Below are positions 38,499 through 48,523 of a stretch of 64,000 nt of DNA, in pieces. The notes beneath the pieces are model-generated. The model was given only the letters and a program-made list of their open reading frames with translations, was not told the origin of the DNA and did no database searches. The stretch is from a virus, in the IMG/VR virus record IMGVR_UViG_3300020048_000003; one strand, 5' to 3'. Each line of letters opens with the position of its first letter. The first letter of the stretch is position 1. Made by a program: the position numbers and the translations under genes.

Positions 38499-39020
38499 AT
38501 GAAACATTTAAAAACATACGAAGGAAGAGAATTAAATAAATATGAACGTAAGGTTATTTATAAACATTTAAATAAAAATGATTCTCTAAAATTAGAAGAA
38601 CATATTGAAAAATATGTTCTTGATAATAATATTATAGGTAAAATATCCAAATTAAAATTGAAAGATTATACTTCAAATTCTTTGGATTATGATTCTCTTT
38701 GGGAATCTGATATTATTTCATCTGGTATGTATGATGAACCAACAAATATTTATCGTGTTTGTGATGAATTTTGTTTTAATAATTGTGAGGTTGTTGGAAG
38801 AACAAATACACCAGCTGTACGAAATACACTTTCTGATATTTCAAAAAAATTATATAAAAAATATAATGTAAGAGATAAATTAAATAAACAACTTATAAAA
38901 CTATTAGAGAAAAATCCTCCAAATTATAGAGATTTTTATGAAACTTGGGAAGAAGAATTAACAAACGAAGTAAGATTAGCATGTCAATATATGCTGGATT
39001 CAGAAAATTATAATCTATAA
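38499..39020 (+). CDS. Fam-A protein (MKHLKTYEG...SENYNL)
   Basis: Termini. Confidence 0.7.
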   Translation: MKHLKTYEGRELNKYERKVIYKHLNKNDSLKLEEHIEKYVLDNNIIGKISKLKLKDYTSNSLDYDSLWESDIISSGMYDEPTNIYRVCDEFCFNNCEVVGRTNTPAVRNTLSDISKKLYKKYNVRDKLNKQLIKLLEKNPPNYRDFYETWEEELTNEVRLACQYMLDSENYNL

Positions 39021-39114
39021 TGAAATACCTTAAGAAAAAAATAAGTGCAAACAGATTAACGTCAAAAGAAAGAGTAGAGTTTGAATATCAAAGAAATATA
39101 AGGAAATATAATTT

Positions 39115-39579
39115 ATGAAATTTTTAAAAGTTTTTGAAGAATACAGAGTTTATAATCATAAACTATATATTGATCATGTTATGGAAGAAGAATTAAAAGT
39201 AGAAATTCAATATCCAGAAGATTCTATTGTTATACCAGAAAGTAAATATGATATTGATGTTATAGAATATTTCAAAGAAATATTTTTAGATAAATATATT
39301 ACATTTAAGAGTGTAGATACACCCAAAGGACACCCACAAATGCAAGGTTTTGTTTTAGATGTTGATCAACTTGCGTATCAAGATGAATTTTATATTAGAG
39401 TTAAATTAGCACAGGCAGTATATTCAGAATTTCCAGAGTGGCTTGGTCATAATAATTTAGATGATTGGTATTTAATAAATAATACAAAACCAGTACTTGT
39501 ACAACACTATGATGCTGATACTAAACCATTACATAAAGAAGTAGAATTTAAAAAAGAGGCAGGAAGATATAATTTATGA
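39115..39579 (+). CDS. Fam-A protein (MKFLKVFEEY...GRYNL)
   Basis: Termini. Confidence 0.7.
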   Translation: MKFLKVFEEYRVYNHKLYIDHVMEEELKVEIQYPEDSIVIPESKYDIDVIEYFKEIFLDKYITFKSVDTPKGHPQMQGFVLDVDQLAYQDEFYIRVKLAQAVYSEFPEWLGHNNLDDWYLINNTKPVLVQHYDADTKPLHKEVEFKKEAGRYNL

Positions 39580-40079
39580 AATATATTAAAACATTTGAAA
39601 ATAAAGAACTAAATCTTCATTTAATGATGTGTGATTTTTTATCTAAAATAAATGATAAAGAATATTTAGTTACTAGATTTTTTTATTATAGAGGTATGAC
39701 AGAGGGTAATACTTTAGCATTTAAAAGATATGAAAATTATCCCCGTGTTAATACATATCCTATTTTTTCAATTACATTTAAAGATGTAAATGACACAAAA
39801 TTACGAGGTGTTGCAAATAAGCCAAAGATGAAAGTTATTGTAAATTATGAATATGATATGGCTGGTGTTAAGGATGTTCAGTTCGTTACAATGTTGAAAG
39901 ACTTTATTGTTGATGTGTTTACAAAATATTCTTATTTTCATAAAAAGCGTGATAAATATTATAGAAAAGATTTTTGTAGTCATGATTTCTATATTAATAC
40001 ATCTGAAATTTCAAATATTATGAATGATTTTGAGAATGAATTTGATTTTTATGTTAATACAAGAAAATATAACTTATAA
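39576..40079 (+). CDS. Fam-A protein (MKYIKTFE...TRKYNL)
   Basis: Termini. Confidence 0.75.
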   Translation: MKYIKTFENKELNLHLMMCDFLSKINDKEYLVTRFFYYRGMTEGNTLAFKRYENYPRVNTYPIFSITFKDVNDTKLRGVANKPKMKVIVNYEYDMAGVKDVQFVTMLKDFIVDVFTKYSYFHKKRDKYYRKDFCSHDFYINTSEISNIMNDFENEFDFYVNTRKYNL

Positions 40080-40339
40080 TGAAATATATTAAAACATTTG
40101 AATCTGATAAATATACTTTTGGTGAGTATGTTATGTTTTTTAATAAGATGAAACGTTTAGATGAGTTAGATGGACTATTGTGGGACAAACTAGAGTTAGC
40201 AGAAATTCTTGCGTTAGATTCTGATAGAGATGAATATTATATTGAGATAAAAGAAGATGGTGATGAACTTTGGGTAGGTGCTGACCAAATTCGTAAATTG
40301 ACTGATTTTGAAAAAGATACATTAAAATATAATTTATGA
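40079..40339 (+). CDS. Fam-A small protein (MKYIKTFE...TLKYNL)
   Basis: Termini. Confidence 0.75.
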   Translation: MKYIKTFESDKYTFGEYVMFFNKMKRLDELDGLLWDKLELAEILALDSDRDEYYIEIKEDGDELWVGADQIRKLTDFEKDTLKYNL

Positions 40340-40653
40340 AACATATAAAAACATTTGAAAGTAGTTCTGATGATAGAAAAAAAGCCGAAGATGAATTTGT
40401 AGGAAAATTATATAAAATATATCCTACACATAATCCAAGTGAAATGATAGCTATAGCAAAATGTGTAAGTATATTAGGAATGCATAGTAATTGGGGTGAT
40501 TTTGAAGGTTATATTATTCACCCACCAATGTCTAAAGGTAGATTTTATGCAGATTCTGAATTTTTAAATGGAATTGGTAAAGAAAATGAAGTAAGTAAAG
40601 AAGATATTGAAGAATATGAATTATATAATACAATGAATAATTATAACCTATGA
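40336..40653 (+). CDS. Fam-A small protein (MKHIKTFE...MNNYNL)
   Basis: Termini. Confidence 0.75.
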   Translation: MKHIKTFESSSDDRKKAEDEFVGKLYKIYPTHNPSEMIAIAKCVSILGMHSNWGDFEGYIIHPPMSKGRFYADSEFLNGIGKENEVSKEDIEEYELYNTMNNYNL

Positions 40654-41150
40654 TAAAATTATTTGAATCTTATTCGTTAAAAAGTGATATAGAAGAACTT
40701 TCTAGTGCTATACTAGATTTATCTAAAAATGTTTTTAAAGATATTAAACCAAAACCTTTTGGTGTTTGCTCTTGGATAAGTATTCCTGTTTGTCAATTTT
40801 CACTTTATTATAATAGTCAAACAATATTTTATTGTATTATGGAAATATCTAAAGAAATGGATAATGAATTTGCAAGAAATCAATTTAACGGACAGATACC
40901 AGATGAATATTATACACAAGATATTACTATCAAAATAATTAGGCAATATCCTTTTAATACAAAGTTTATTGAACCTTTTTTTAACTATTTAAGATATATA
41001 GTATTATCAGTTAGTGAAGTTACAAATAAGAGGATATCTTCTACTAGTTTTATTAGTTCAATAAAACAGGAGAATGTTAAAGAAATTATATCAAAGTTAA
41101 ATATAGAAGATTATGAACTTTGGTTAGAAGCAAGTAAATACAATTTATAA
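40650..41150 (+). CDS. Fam-A protein (MIKLFESY...ASKYNL)
   Basis: Termini. Confidence 0.7.
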   Translation: MIKLFESYSLKSDIEELSSAILDLSKNVFKDIKPKPFGVCSWISIPVCQFSLYYNSQTIFYCIMEISKEMDNEFARNQFNGQIPDEYYTQDITIKIIRQYPFNTKFIEPFFNYLRYIVLSVSEVTNKRISSTSFISSIKQENVKEIISKLNIEDYELWLEASKYNL

Positions 41151-41318
41151 ATCAATCATCTGATTTTCAACTATCAAATATTGCATTTTTGTACCTTCAA
41201 AGATTATAGAACAATCTTTTTTCTTTGCTTTATCAAGGTTCTGATACATAAAAACTTTAGTAATTTTAAGTTTCTGTAAATCATCCAATTGGCTATATTT
41301 TTTAGTAGTTTTTTCCAT
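41145..41318 (-). CDS. Unlisted 57-aa ORF (MEKTTKKYSQLDDLQK...) with a promoter motif 3 nt upstream
   Basis: Hand translation; its TTA stop abuts the TAA of the convergent Fam-A gene. Confidence 0.35.
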   Translation of the reverse strand: MEKTTKKYSQLDDLQKLKITKVFMYQNLDKAKKKDCSIIFEGTKMQYLIVENQMIDL

Positions 41319-41334
41319 AGCACAAAGATAGACA
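41319..41334 (-). promoter_or_regulatory. Conserved promoter element (GTCTATCTTTGTGC) adjacent to the ATG
   Basis: gcacaaagatagac. Confidence 0.45.
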
Positions 41335-41381
41335 TTTTTTCTGACTTAAAAAATTAATTTTCATTTTTTATATATAATAAT

Positions 41382-42422
41382 ATGAAATATATTAAAGAGT
41401 ATAAAATATTTGAAAGAAAAGGAAATTATCAGTTATTTCATAAAACTAACGAATATGCTCTAAATCTTATTGTTAATAGTGGTTTTATAAAATGTGGTGG
41501 TGATTCAAATGATGATGAAGATGATTACAAATGGTGGAATTATGGATTAAGAAAAAATGTTTTTTCTGATTGGAAGCAAGATGATAAAAAATTCAAAACT
41601 ATCTCAGCGACAAGAAATTTAGATTATCTTTGGTTGCCAGCATTAGAATTAGATGTTGAAAAAATTTCAGATAAATATAGAATTGTACCATTTAGTGAGA
41701 ATCCAGATTATTATTTAGATTTTTATGGTGGTGATGATGGATTTGCTAGTAGTGGTGAAAAATATGGAAAAATGAAATCTAGAAAAAATCCTATATTACC
41801 ATTAAAAAATAAGAAGAAATTAACTAATTTTCAAAATATGATAAGATCAAAATCAAAAGATGCTGGTAAATTATTTTGGAGATTTAAGACAGATAAAGAT
41901 GTTATGGATTATGGTATAGCAGAAGAGTTAATTCTTACTGATAAATTAGATTTCGGAAAATATGTAAAAAGAGTAATTTTGAGAAAAGATTTTGGAAATG
42001 AAAATGAAAAATTAATTAAACTAATTAATAAAAAATATCCTAATGTTGAAGTTGTTGAAATTGATAGAAGAAATAGTGGTGGTTTCAATTATATGGATGT
42101 TAAAAGAGTATCTAAACAGAAAGAAAAAGAAAAAGAATTAGCATTACAAGAAAGCAAAAAACCTATACCAGAATATAAAAAAGGTGATTATGTTCATTTA
42201 GAAGATGATGAAACTTGGACAGTTTATCAAACCGCAAAAGTAATTAGTTTAAATTCAAATGTTGATTTACAAAATAATGATTATTATATAGAAGCATTTT
42301 TGAAACAAAATAATAAACCTGTTGAATTTTGGGTTGATGATTACGATATAGATAGAAAATCTACAAATGAAGAAATTGCAGAGTTAGAAATAATAAAAAA
42401 TGCAATTAAATATAATTTATGA
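41382..42422 (+). CDS. Fam-A large member (346 aa; MKYIKEYK...IKYNL)
   Basis: Termini; C-terminal STNEEIAELEII helix. Confidence 0.7.
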   Translation: MKYIKEYKIFERKGNYQLFHKTNEYALNLIVNSGFIKCGGDSNDDEDDYKWWNYGLRKNVFSDWKQDDKKFKTISATRNLDYLWLPALELDVEKISDKYRIVPFSENPDYYLDFYGGDDGFASSGEKYGKMKSRKNPILPLKNKKKLTNFQNMIRSKSKDAGKLFWRFKTDKDVMDYGIAEELILTDKLDFGKYVKRVILRKDFGNENEKLIKLINKKYPNVEVVEIDRRNSGGFNYMDVKRVSKQKEKEKELALQESKKPIPEYKKGDYVHLEDDETWTVYQTAKVISLNSNVDLQNNDYYIEAFLKQNNKPVEFWVDDYDIDRKSTNEEIAELEIIKNAIKYNL

Positions 42423-42814
42423 AATATATAAAATTATTTGAGAATCAAGATAATATTGATATTTGTAAAATGTTATTGAGTCACTTGACAAATACTTTTG
42501 AAGAAATTGGTTACGATTACAATAATTATCTTGTTTATGGTTTATATGAAACAGAATTTGATAAAAATAAAGAAAATTTATTCAAATTTATATATGATGC
42601 TCATACTAAACAATTTTCAATAAGATTATTTGATATGGCAGATGAAGTATTATTTATACCAGAATATTTTAAAACTATTACAGGATTAAAATTTCAAGAT
42701 ACTAAGTATTTTAATAGATATATTTATGATATTATAGATATTGATAAAGCAATTGAACAAATATCAAAAGAAGATTTTGAATTAAAATTTACATCAAATA
42801 AATACAATATATAA
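42419..42814 (+). CDS. Fam-A protein (MKYIKLFE...SNKYNI)
   Basis: Termini. Confidence 0.75.
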   Translation: MKYIKLFENQDNIDICKMLLSHLTNTFEEIGYDYNNYLVYGLYETEFDKNKENLFKFIYDAHTKQFSIRLFDMADEVLFIPEYFKTITGLKFQDTKYFNRYIYDIIDIDKAIEQISKEDFELKFTSNKYNI

Positions 42815-42845
42815 TGTCAAGTTTTCTGTTCAGAAAACTTGACGC

Positions 42846-43955
42846 TTATTGTCCTCTACCATATAATACTGTAAAGAAAGTCTTAAAGAATATTTTTATA
42901 TCTTGAGTAATAGACCAATTATTAATGTAATCCATATCTAACTGCATCCAATCATCAAACTTTATATCATTTCTATTTTTTTGAATTTGCCATAAACAAG
43001 TTATACCAGGTTTTGTTAACAATCTTAAAAAATATTTCTTTTTATACTTTTTAATTTCTTCTTCTAACGAAGGTCTTGGACCAATTATGGACATATCACC
43101 TTTTAAAACATTAAGAAATTGTGGAAATTCATCAATGCCAGTTTTTCTTAAAAAAGATCCAATATTTGTTATTCTTGGGTCTTTTTTTATTTTAAAAACC
43201 GGACCATCTGCCTCATTTAATTTCATTAAGTCCTTTTTAATATCCTCGGCATCAGAAACCATAGTTCTAAATTTATATAAAGTAAATTCTTTACCATGTA
43301 GACCTATTCTTTTTTGCTTGAATATAATAGGACCTTTTGATGTTAGTTTTATTAATAATGCAATAACAAAAAGAAAAGGTGCTGACAATAAGAGAATAGA
43401 AAAAGATAAAATCATATCGGTTATTTTCTTTTTTCTCAAATCACACATAGGTAACAATTCAATATCTTTGTGATAATTTATTCTTGATATTAATTTTTTA
43501 GCAGTTCCTTCCCTACCACTAATTAGAAAATTTTCAGTCATTGTACTATTTTCAATGATTTCAGGATTTTTAATTTTTTCTTTTGCACAACTACCATCAC
43601 TTAATACATTTTTTACACTTTCTAGTAATTGTTCTGAATGAACAGGTTTTTCTATATAATCACACGCACCTAATTGCATTGACTTGATTATCAATGGTAC
43701 TTCATCATAACCAGTAAACATAATTACTGGTATAACATAATTGCTTTTAATATATTTTAGAATTTCAATTCCTGACATACCACCTGGTATATCATAATCA
43801 GTTATAATTAAATCTATATTAGAATTTTTTAGTCTTTCAATTCCTATTTCACCGGAAATTGCGGTATATACTTTGTACCCGTTATCTTTTAATGTTTTTT
43901 TCACTAACATTAAAATTATTTCATCATCATCTATAAGTAAAATTGATTTTTTCAT
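42846..43955 (-). CDS. Response-regulator receiver (REC) domain fused to a bacterial sugar transferase (WbaP/WcaJ/PglC-type polyprenyl-phosphate hexose-1-phosphate transferase)
   Basis: ILLIDDDE...DLIITDYDIPGGMSG...MFTGY is a REC domain. C-terminal TM plus RIGLHGKEFTLYKFRTM...GPRP is the sugar-transferase signature. Start set at MKKSILL (43955); the longer ORF-track N-terminus is translated terminator hairpin. Confidence 0.8.
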   Translation of the reverse strand: MKKSILLIDDDEIILMLVKKTLKDNGYKVYTAISGEIGIERLKNSNIDLIITDYDIPGGMSGIEILKYIKSNYVIPVIMFTGYDEVPLIIKSMQLGACDYIEKPVHSEQLLESVKNVLSDGSCAKEKIKNPEIIENSTMTENFLISGREGTAKKLISRINYHKDIELLPMCDLRKKKITDMILSFSILLLSAPFLFVIALLIKLTSKGPIIFKQKRIGLHGKEFTLYKFRTMVSDAEDIKKDLMKLNEADGPVFKIKKDPRITNIGSFLRKTGIDEFPQFLNVLKGDMSIIGPRPSLEEEIKKYKKKYFLRLLTKPGITCLWQIQKNRNDIKFDDWMQLDMDYINNWSITQDIKIFFKTFFTVLYGRGQ

Positions 43956-44020
43956 ACTAGCTATATTAGAATTTGTATTGTTGCAATGATAAGGAATAAT
44001 TTTTAAAATAAAAAATAAAA

Positions 44021-44046
44021 AGAGCCAATTTGGCTCTTTTTTTGCT
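44021..44046. terminator. Bidirectional intrinsic terminator
   Basis: aaaaagagccaatttggctctttttttg. Confidence 0.7.
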
Positions 44047-44072
44047 ATCAGGTTCATTTGAATATCGCATTT

Positions 44073-44681
44073 TTATTTTTGAAATAAATTCTCTTTTACA
44101 TCAGTTGAAGCGTAATATGCTGTTGCTTTTGAAATATTTGCATAAGCAACGGTTATACCTTCATTTGTGGCTGCGTAATCAAACGCATTACTCCTGTCCA
44201 TACCCATCATTTCTGCTTCAAAAGCAGAATCTTGATTTGCACCTAAATAAATAAATTCAGAATTAAATTCTTCTCTCATGTGAGTTACTAATAATTTAAT
44301 TGATTGTTTATGATAAACTGTAGAAGCATTTTCACCACCATCTGTTATAATAACAAATAATGATTTATCACTTCTATCTTCTTTTTTTATTGATGCTAAA
44401 TTATCTAAATAATCATCAATCATTTTTCCTATAGCATCATACAAAGCGGTCATACCACAATGGTAATAAGTTTTTTCATTAACTTTTTTTACTTTTTGTA
44501 TATTCACTTGATTATATGGCATATAAAAATTATCATCAAAAAATAACAATGAGAAATTTATTTTATTATCACTATTTTTCTGGTCTTTCAAAAACTGATT
44601 GAAACCTTCTCTTGCCTTTTCTATAATAGAACCCATAGAACCGGACATATCTAATATACAAATTATATCTATCTTTTTCAT
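44073..44681 (-). CDS. von Willebrand factor A (vWA) domain protein
   Basis: ILDMSGSMGS is a MIDAS DxSxS motif; the later ITDGGEN also fits. Confidence 0.75.
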   Translation of the reverse strand: MKKIDIICILDMSGSMGSIIEKAREGFNQFLKDQKNSDNKINFSLLFFDDNFYMPYNQVNIQKVKKVNEKTYYHCGMTALYDAIGKMIDDYLDNLASIKKEDRSDKSLFVIITDGGENASTVYHKQSIKLLVTHMREEFNSEFIYLGANQDSAFEAEMMGMDRSNAFDYAATNEGITVAYANISKATAYYASTDVKENLFQK

Positions 44682-44695
44682 ATTTTTCTATTATT

Positions 44696-45754
44696 TTAGA
44701 TTAAATGACTTCCACATTTTGGACAAAATTCCCAAGTATTCTTTCTGATTCTATAACCACAATGAGTACAATATTCTCTTACTTCTTTTATTGTACGATT
44801 CATTGTTGAGATTGGCATAATCTTATATGTCATTGAATGAAAAGGTAAATCAGCAAATTGTAAATTTACTCCTTTTAATGTTTGTCTTGAAGTGTCGCCT
44901 TTTTCTATTCTACCAGTTTCTAAAGGATCATAAGTTCTGCTATTTTTATTTATAACATCAAATTCAGAAAATGAAGAATTGATATAATCATTATAATCAA
45001 TAGATTTATCTGTATTTTCACAAAGATATTCAGACCAAGCAATACTTGATTCTAAGTTTGAATTTAGATAATTTGAATATGTATTTGTTGTATTTGTTGT
45101 ATAAGTTGATGATGTTGTTGTACCACCACCTGTTGTATTAATAGTTGTATTAATGTTTGTGAAATGTGGTAAACCAGCACCTCCACCTGAACCAGAGAAT
45201 CCTGCAGGTCCAGCACAACCTTGTATACCTGATACTCCTGAACTACCTGATGTTCCTGATGTTCCAGAGGTACCTGAAGATCCAGAATAACCAGAAGTAC
45301 CTGATCCCCAAGCCATACCTTTATTTTTATAAGGTTTAGGAGGTTTAGGTGGAAAACTATACTTAATGTTTACTTCTTCATTATAAGTACGGTATGAGTG
45401 TCTTTCTTTAAAAAAGTTGAAAGAAATTACTCCGTTTTCTTCTATTGCTTTAACAGCCGCTTCATTATTACCATTAACAACATAAGTTTCAAATAACATT
45501 TTACGTTGTTCATCTAAGAAGCGATCTAATATTATATCTTGCCCTGGATTTAGGACTAGATAACCATCTCCTTTATTTATACCATTGAAATTAATTTGTA
45601 CTCCAATTTTTTCAGGTAAAGGATTAAAAAACCTTAGTTCAAAGTTATCACCATCGTTTAGAAAAACGGTGTTGTCTTGATATAACTTTAACTCATTGCG
45701 ATTGCTTGTAATCACGACCGATGGAGCACGGTCTAGCATTTTGTAGTGTGTCAT
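44696..45754 (-). CDS. Protein with a Gly/Ser/Thr-rich collagen-like low-complexity core and a C-terminal zinc ribbon
   Basis: WGSGTSGYSGSSGTSGTSGTSGSSGVSG...; C-terminal CTHCGYRIRKNTWEFCPKCG. Confidence 0.55.
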   Translation of the reverse strand: MTHYKMLDRAPSVVITSNRNELKLYQDNTVFLNDGDNFELRFFNPLPEKIGVQINFNGINKGDGYLVLNPGQDIILDRFLDEQRKMLFETYVVNGNNEAAVKAIEENGVISFNFFKERHSYRTYNEEVNIKYSFPPKPPKPYKNKGMAWGSGTSGYSGSSGTSGTSGTSGSSGVSGIQGCAGPAGFSGSGGGAGLPHFTNINTTINTTGGGTTTSSTYTTNTTNTYSNYLNSNLESSIAWSEYLCENTDKSIDYNDYINSSFSEFDVINKNSRTYDPLETGRIEKGDTSRQTLKGVNLQFADLPFHSMTYKIMPISTMNRTIKEVREYCTHCGYRIRKNTWEFCPKCGSHLI

Positions 45755-45926
45755 AACATTTTTTTATTTTTTATTTCTGACCTGCTAATTTATTTATTGC
45801 TTTTCAACAATTCCAAAGCCAATTGACTCTAAACTAACAAGATCCAAAAAATGAACCTGACCGCAGTTTAAGTGCGATACGATAGTATATATTAATTTTT
45901 TAGGACCCCTTTTTTATTTTTCAAAA

Positions 45927-45941
45927 ATTTTCCGTACTTTT
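45927..45941 (+). promoter_or_regulatory. Promoter element TTCCGTACTTTTGTG 5 nt upstream of the ATG
   Basis: The same TTCCGTAnnTTTG core as the minus-strand copies, here in plus orientation. Confidence 0.45.
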
Positions 45942-45946
45942 GTGCT

Positions 45947-46438
45947 ATGAAATACTATAAACAAGAAAAAAACTATACTTGTGGCGTTGCTTGTCTTCGT
46001 ATGGTTCTTTCTGCTCAAGGTTTACCAGATATAGATGAAGATACATTAGAAGAAATGATTGAATGTGTTCCAGAATCTGGAACTCATTATAAATCAATGG
46101 TTTCATTTGCTGATAAATTTGATTTAGATTGTATATCTCATGAAGGTGGTACAGTTGAAGAAATAGATGAATTAACTAAGCAAGGTTGGAGTGTAGTAGT
46201 TGCATATAGTGTTGATGTTCCTCACTTTGCGTTATATGAAAAATGTAACGACAATCATTTATTTTTATGTGATCCTTTCTTTGGTGAACATGTTGCACAC
46301 TTAAAAAAGAAATTTGCAAGAGTATTATGGCAAATAGATGTTTCAAGATATAAATTTGCAATTGCCGAAATGGATTTGAAATTAGATAAATCATTAGATA
46401 CTAAATGTTGGTATGTTGCTTATAAACAAAAAATATAA
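45947..46438 (+). CDS. C39-like papain-fold cysteine peptidase domain protein
   Basis: YKQEKNYTCGVACLRMVLS (Gln...Cys) with a downstream His (VPHFA) and Asp (CDP). Confidence 0.6.
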   Translation: MKYYKQEKNYTCGVACLRMVLSAQGLPDIDEDTLEEMIECVPESGTHYKSMVSFADKFDLDCISHEGGTVEEIDELTKQGWSVVVAYSVDVPHFALYEKCNDNHLFLCDPFFGEHVAHLKKKFARVLWQIDVSRYKFAIAEMDLKLDKSLDTKCWYVAYKQKI

Positions 46439-46959
46439 TGTCAAAATATGTATCATACTCTGCTGAAGATTTACATTCATTTGATGATATCTCACGATAT
46501 GCTTGTGTGAATAATGCTGATGATATTGAATTTGAATTGAATAAACTGTATATTGATGAAATTCTGGCTGTTAGAAAAATTGCAAGAGAAAGAAAAAATT
46601 GGAAATTATCTGATATTTTAAGGAATTATCTTGATGATGAATTGGTTTTTGTTTTTGATACAAAAGATTTTCAAGATGTTTATTATTATACAGGAAAGTT
46701 TTTTGATAATATTGAAAAAATTGAAAGATTACACAATATTAAATTTGATACTTTAAGAAAATTTGTTGAATGGAAAATTAAAGACGATATAAATAGTCAG
46801 AAATACTTTGACGCTTGGCTTTATACTGAGCAGCAAAAAATTCGTGAGGCTGAAAACAAACGAAATGATGCTGAAATTGAAAAAATTAACAATGATGAAT
46901 TTGGTTACAAAAATTTAAGAATTTACTTATTAAACTGGAGGTGTAATGAAAATACTTAG
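46438..46959 (+). CDS. Hypothetical protein
   Basis: 173-aa ORF. Confidence 0.5.
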   Translation: MSKYVSYSAEDLHSFDDISRYACVNNADDIEFELNKLYIDEILAVRKIARERKNWKLSDILRNYLDDELVFVFDTKDFQDVYYYTGKFFDNIEKIERLHNIKFDTLRKFVEWKIKDDINSQKYFDAWLYTEQQKIREAENKRNDAEIEKINNDEFGYKNLRIYLLNWRCNENT

Positions 46960-47100
46960 CATTCTTTTATTTCATTGGGGTAGTTATGGTTGGGGTATGA
47001 AAAACGGACTTATCCCTGACAAACCAAGTGATTATATCATTATAGGTGCAATCTTTGCACTTATTGTCCTTATTCAATATTATCGGGTTAAACTAAGAAA

Positions 47101-47418
47101 ATGAAAAATCTATATAAAATAGGTGATAGAATCAAAATTAAAGATGAATTTGGTGAATGGGTTGAAGGTCATGTTGTTCTGATTATGAATCCATTTTCTG
47201 ATGAACATAGAGAATATTATTGCTCTATGTATCCAGGTGCAATGAGTAATTATTACTATGTTGAAGTTGTGGATTTGAGTCTTGGTTGTATTGATGATGG
47301 TAAATTTTCTACTACTCAAGCACTTAATAAATTCAAAGAAAAAGATTTATATTATTCTGATGATCAAAGAATTAGATTGGAAAAACTAAAAAAATTAAAT
47401 AGTAATGAAAATCTTTAA
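47101..47418 (+). CDS. Fam-B small protein on the plus strand (tail IRLEKLKKLNSNENL), IGDRIKIKD barrel
   Basis: Tail. Confidence 0.6.
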   Translation: MKNLYKIGDRIKIKDEFGEWVEGHVVLIMNPFSDEHREYYCSMYPGAMSNYYYVEVVDLSLGCIDDGKFSTTQALNKFKEKDLYYSDDQRIRLEKLKKLNSNENL

Positions 47419-47716
47419 AGTTAAAATAGATAATAGACCTGGTGATTGGAAGACAGGTGAAGATCCTTCGGTTCTTGTACCGGCGAATACAGAAGAAGAA
47501 GCGATTGATAAGGTGAAGAATGGTTGGTCAGAAAAATATGATTTTGATAAACATTGTATTATCTATGGAAAAACAGAAGGTAAAGGTTATCCCTATATTA
47601 GTGATAGAGCAATACTAAGTGCAACTGAAATAATTTTTGAAGGTTGTGAAATCATTGTAGGTAAAGCAGAAATTAGAAAAGAAAAACTTAAAAAAATAAA
47701 AACAAATGAACATTGA
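47405..47716 (+). CDS. Fam-B small protein (tail IRKEKLKKIKTNEH)
   Basis: Tail. Confidence 0.6.
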   Translation: MKIFKVKIDNRPGDWKTGEDPSVLVPANTEEEAIDKVKNGWSEKYDFDKHCIIYGKTEGKGYPYISDRAILSATEIIFEGCEIIVGKAEIRKEKLKKIKTNEH

Positions 47717-48194
47717 AAAATTCAAAGGAATTTCATTAGAAGAATATAAAAGAAATATTCAAAATGTTATTTATAAGATTAAAGAATTAGAAAAAAACGA
47801 ATTGTTTATCAGATTAATAAATTATGATAGACAACTTCTTTATGCTAGTTGTGAAAAGGTTATTTATTCATCACATAACAATGGTGAATTAGGATTTTTT
47901 GAAAGTATAACACATTTCATAAGTTATTATATTTTTGATGATGGTGAACTCACTATCAGATATCATAAATATGATATGAAAGAAGGTAAAATGATTACAG
48001 CCGAAGAAGGACATAAAAGGTCAATTCCATATTTAGATTTTGCTAAGGATTATGATAAACTTGCAGGTGAAAAAGAAGTAATGTGGGTACTTGATTGGCA
48101 CGAAAATCATCAGGAGGAATATAAACAGCAATTAATTGATGCTGGTATGTATGATGGTTCATTTGATGAAAAAGAATTTATTGATTATAATTAA
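47706..48194 (+). CDS. Hypothetical protein
   Basis: 162-aa ORF. Confidence 0.5.
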   Translation: MNIEKFKGISLEEYKRNIQNVIYKIKELEKNELFIRLINYDRQLLYASCEKVIYSSHNNGELGFFESITHFISYYIFDDGELTIRYHKYDMKEGKMITAEEGHKRSIPYLDFAKDYDKLAGEKEVMWVLDWHENHQEEYKQQLIDAGMYDGSFDEKEFIDYN

Positions 48195-48513
48195 TAATCT
48201 TTTTCAATTTGTTTCTACGAATTTGTTGTTCAGTATCAAAGTAATCATTAAAGATATATGGTTCATTATCAAGGTATTCAAATTCATATCTTATATCTAT
48301 ATCATTTGATTCGTGAAAACAATTATATGAAAAATCTGTTGCATCAGAGTATGGAATGAAAATATAACCATTTTCAATATAACTAATTCTATAATATGTT
48401 CCTTTTTTATAAACAGTTCCACTCATACCGTAAATTCCTTTACTATATAAGTTTTTTTTACAAAAAACCTTTTCATTTATTTTCATATATAATTTATATA
48501 AATATATCATCAA
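48178..48513 (-). CDS. Fam-B small protein (tail IRRNKLKKIINYNQ)
   Basis: Tail. Confidence 0.55.
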   Translation of the reverse strand: MMIYLYKLYMKINEKVFCKKNLYSKGIYGMSGTVYKKGTYYRISYIENGYIFIPYSDATDFSYNCFHESNDIDIRYEFEYLDNEPYIFNDYFDTEQQIRRNKLKKIINYNQ

Positions 48514-48523
48514 AGTTTAAAAT

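Noticed and set aside
43956-44057. Longer N-terminus (MNLIAKKEPNWLFLFF...) for the REC-sugar transferase
   Set aside because: The extension is the translation of the terminator hairpin at 44021-44046 and the intergenic spacer. The REC domain begins at MKKSILLIDDD (43955).
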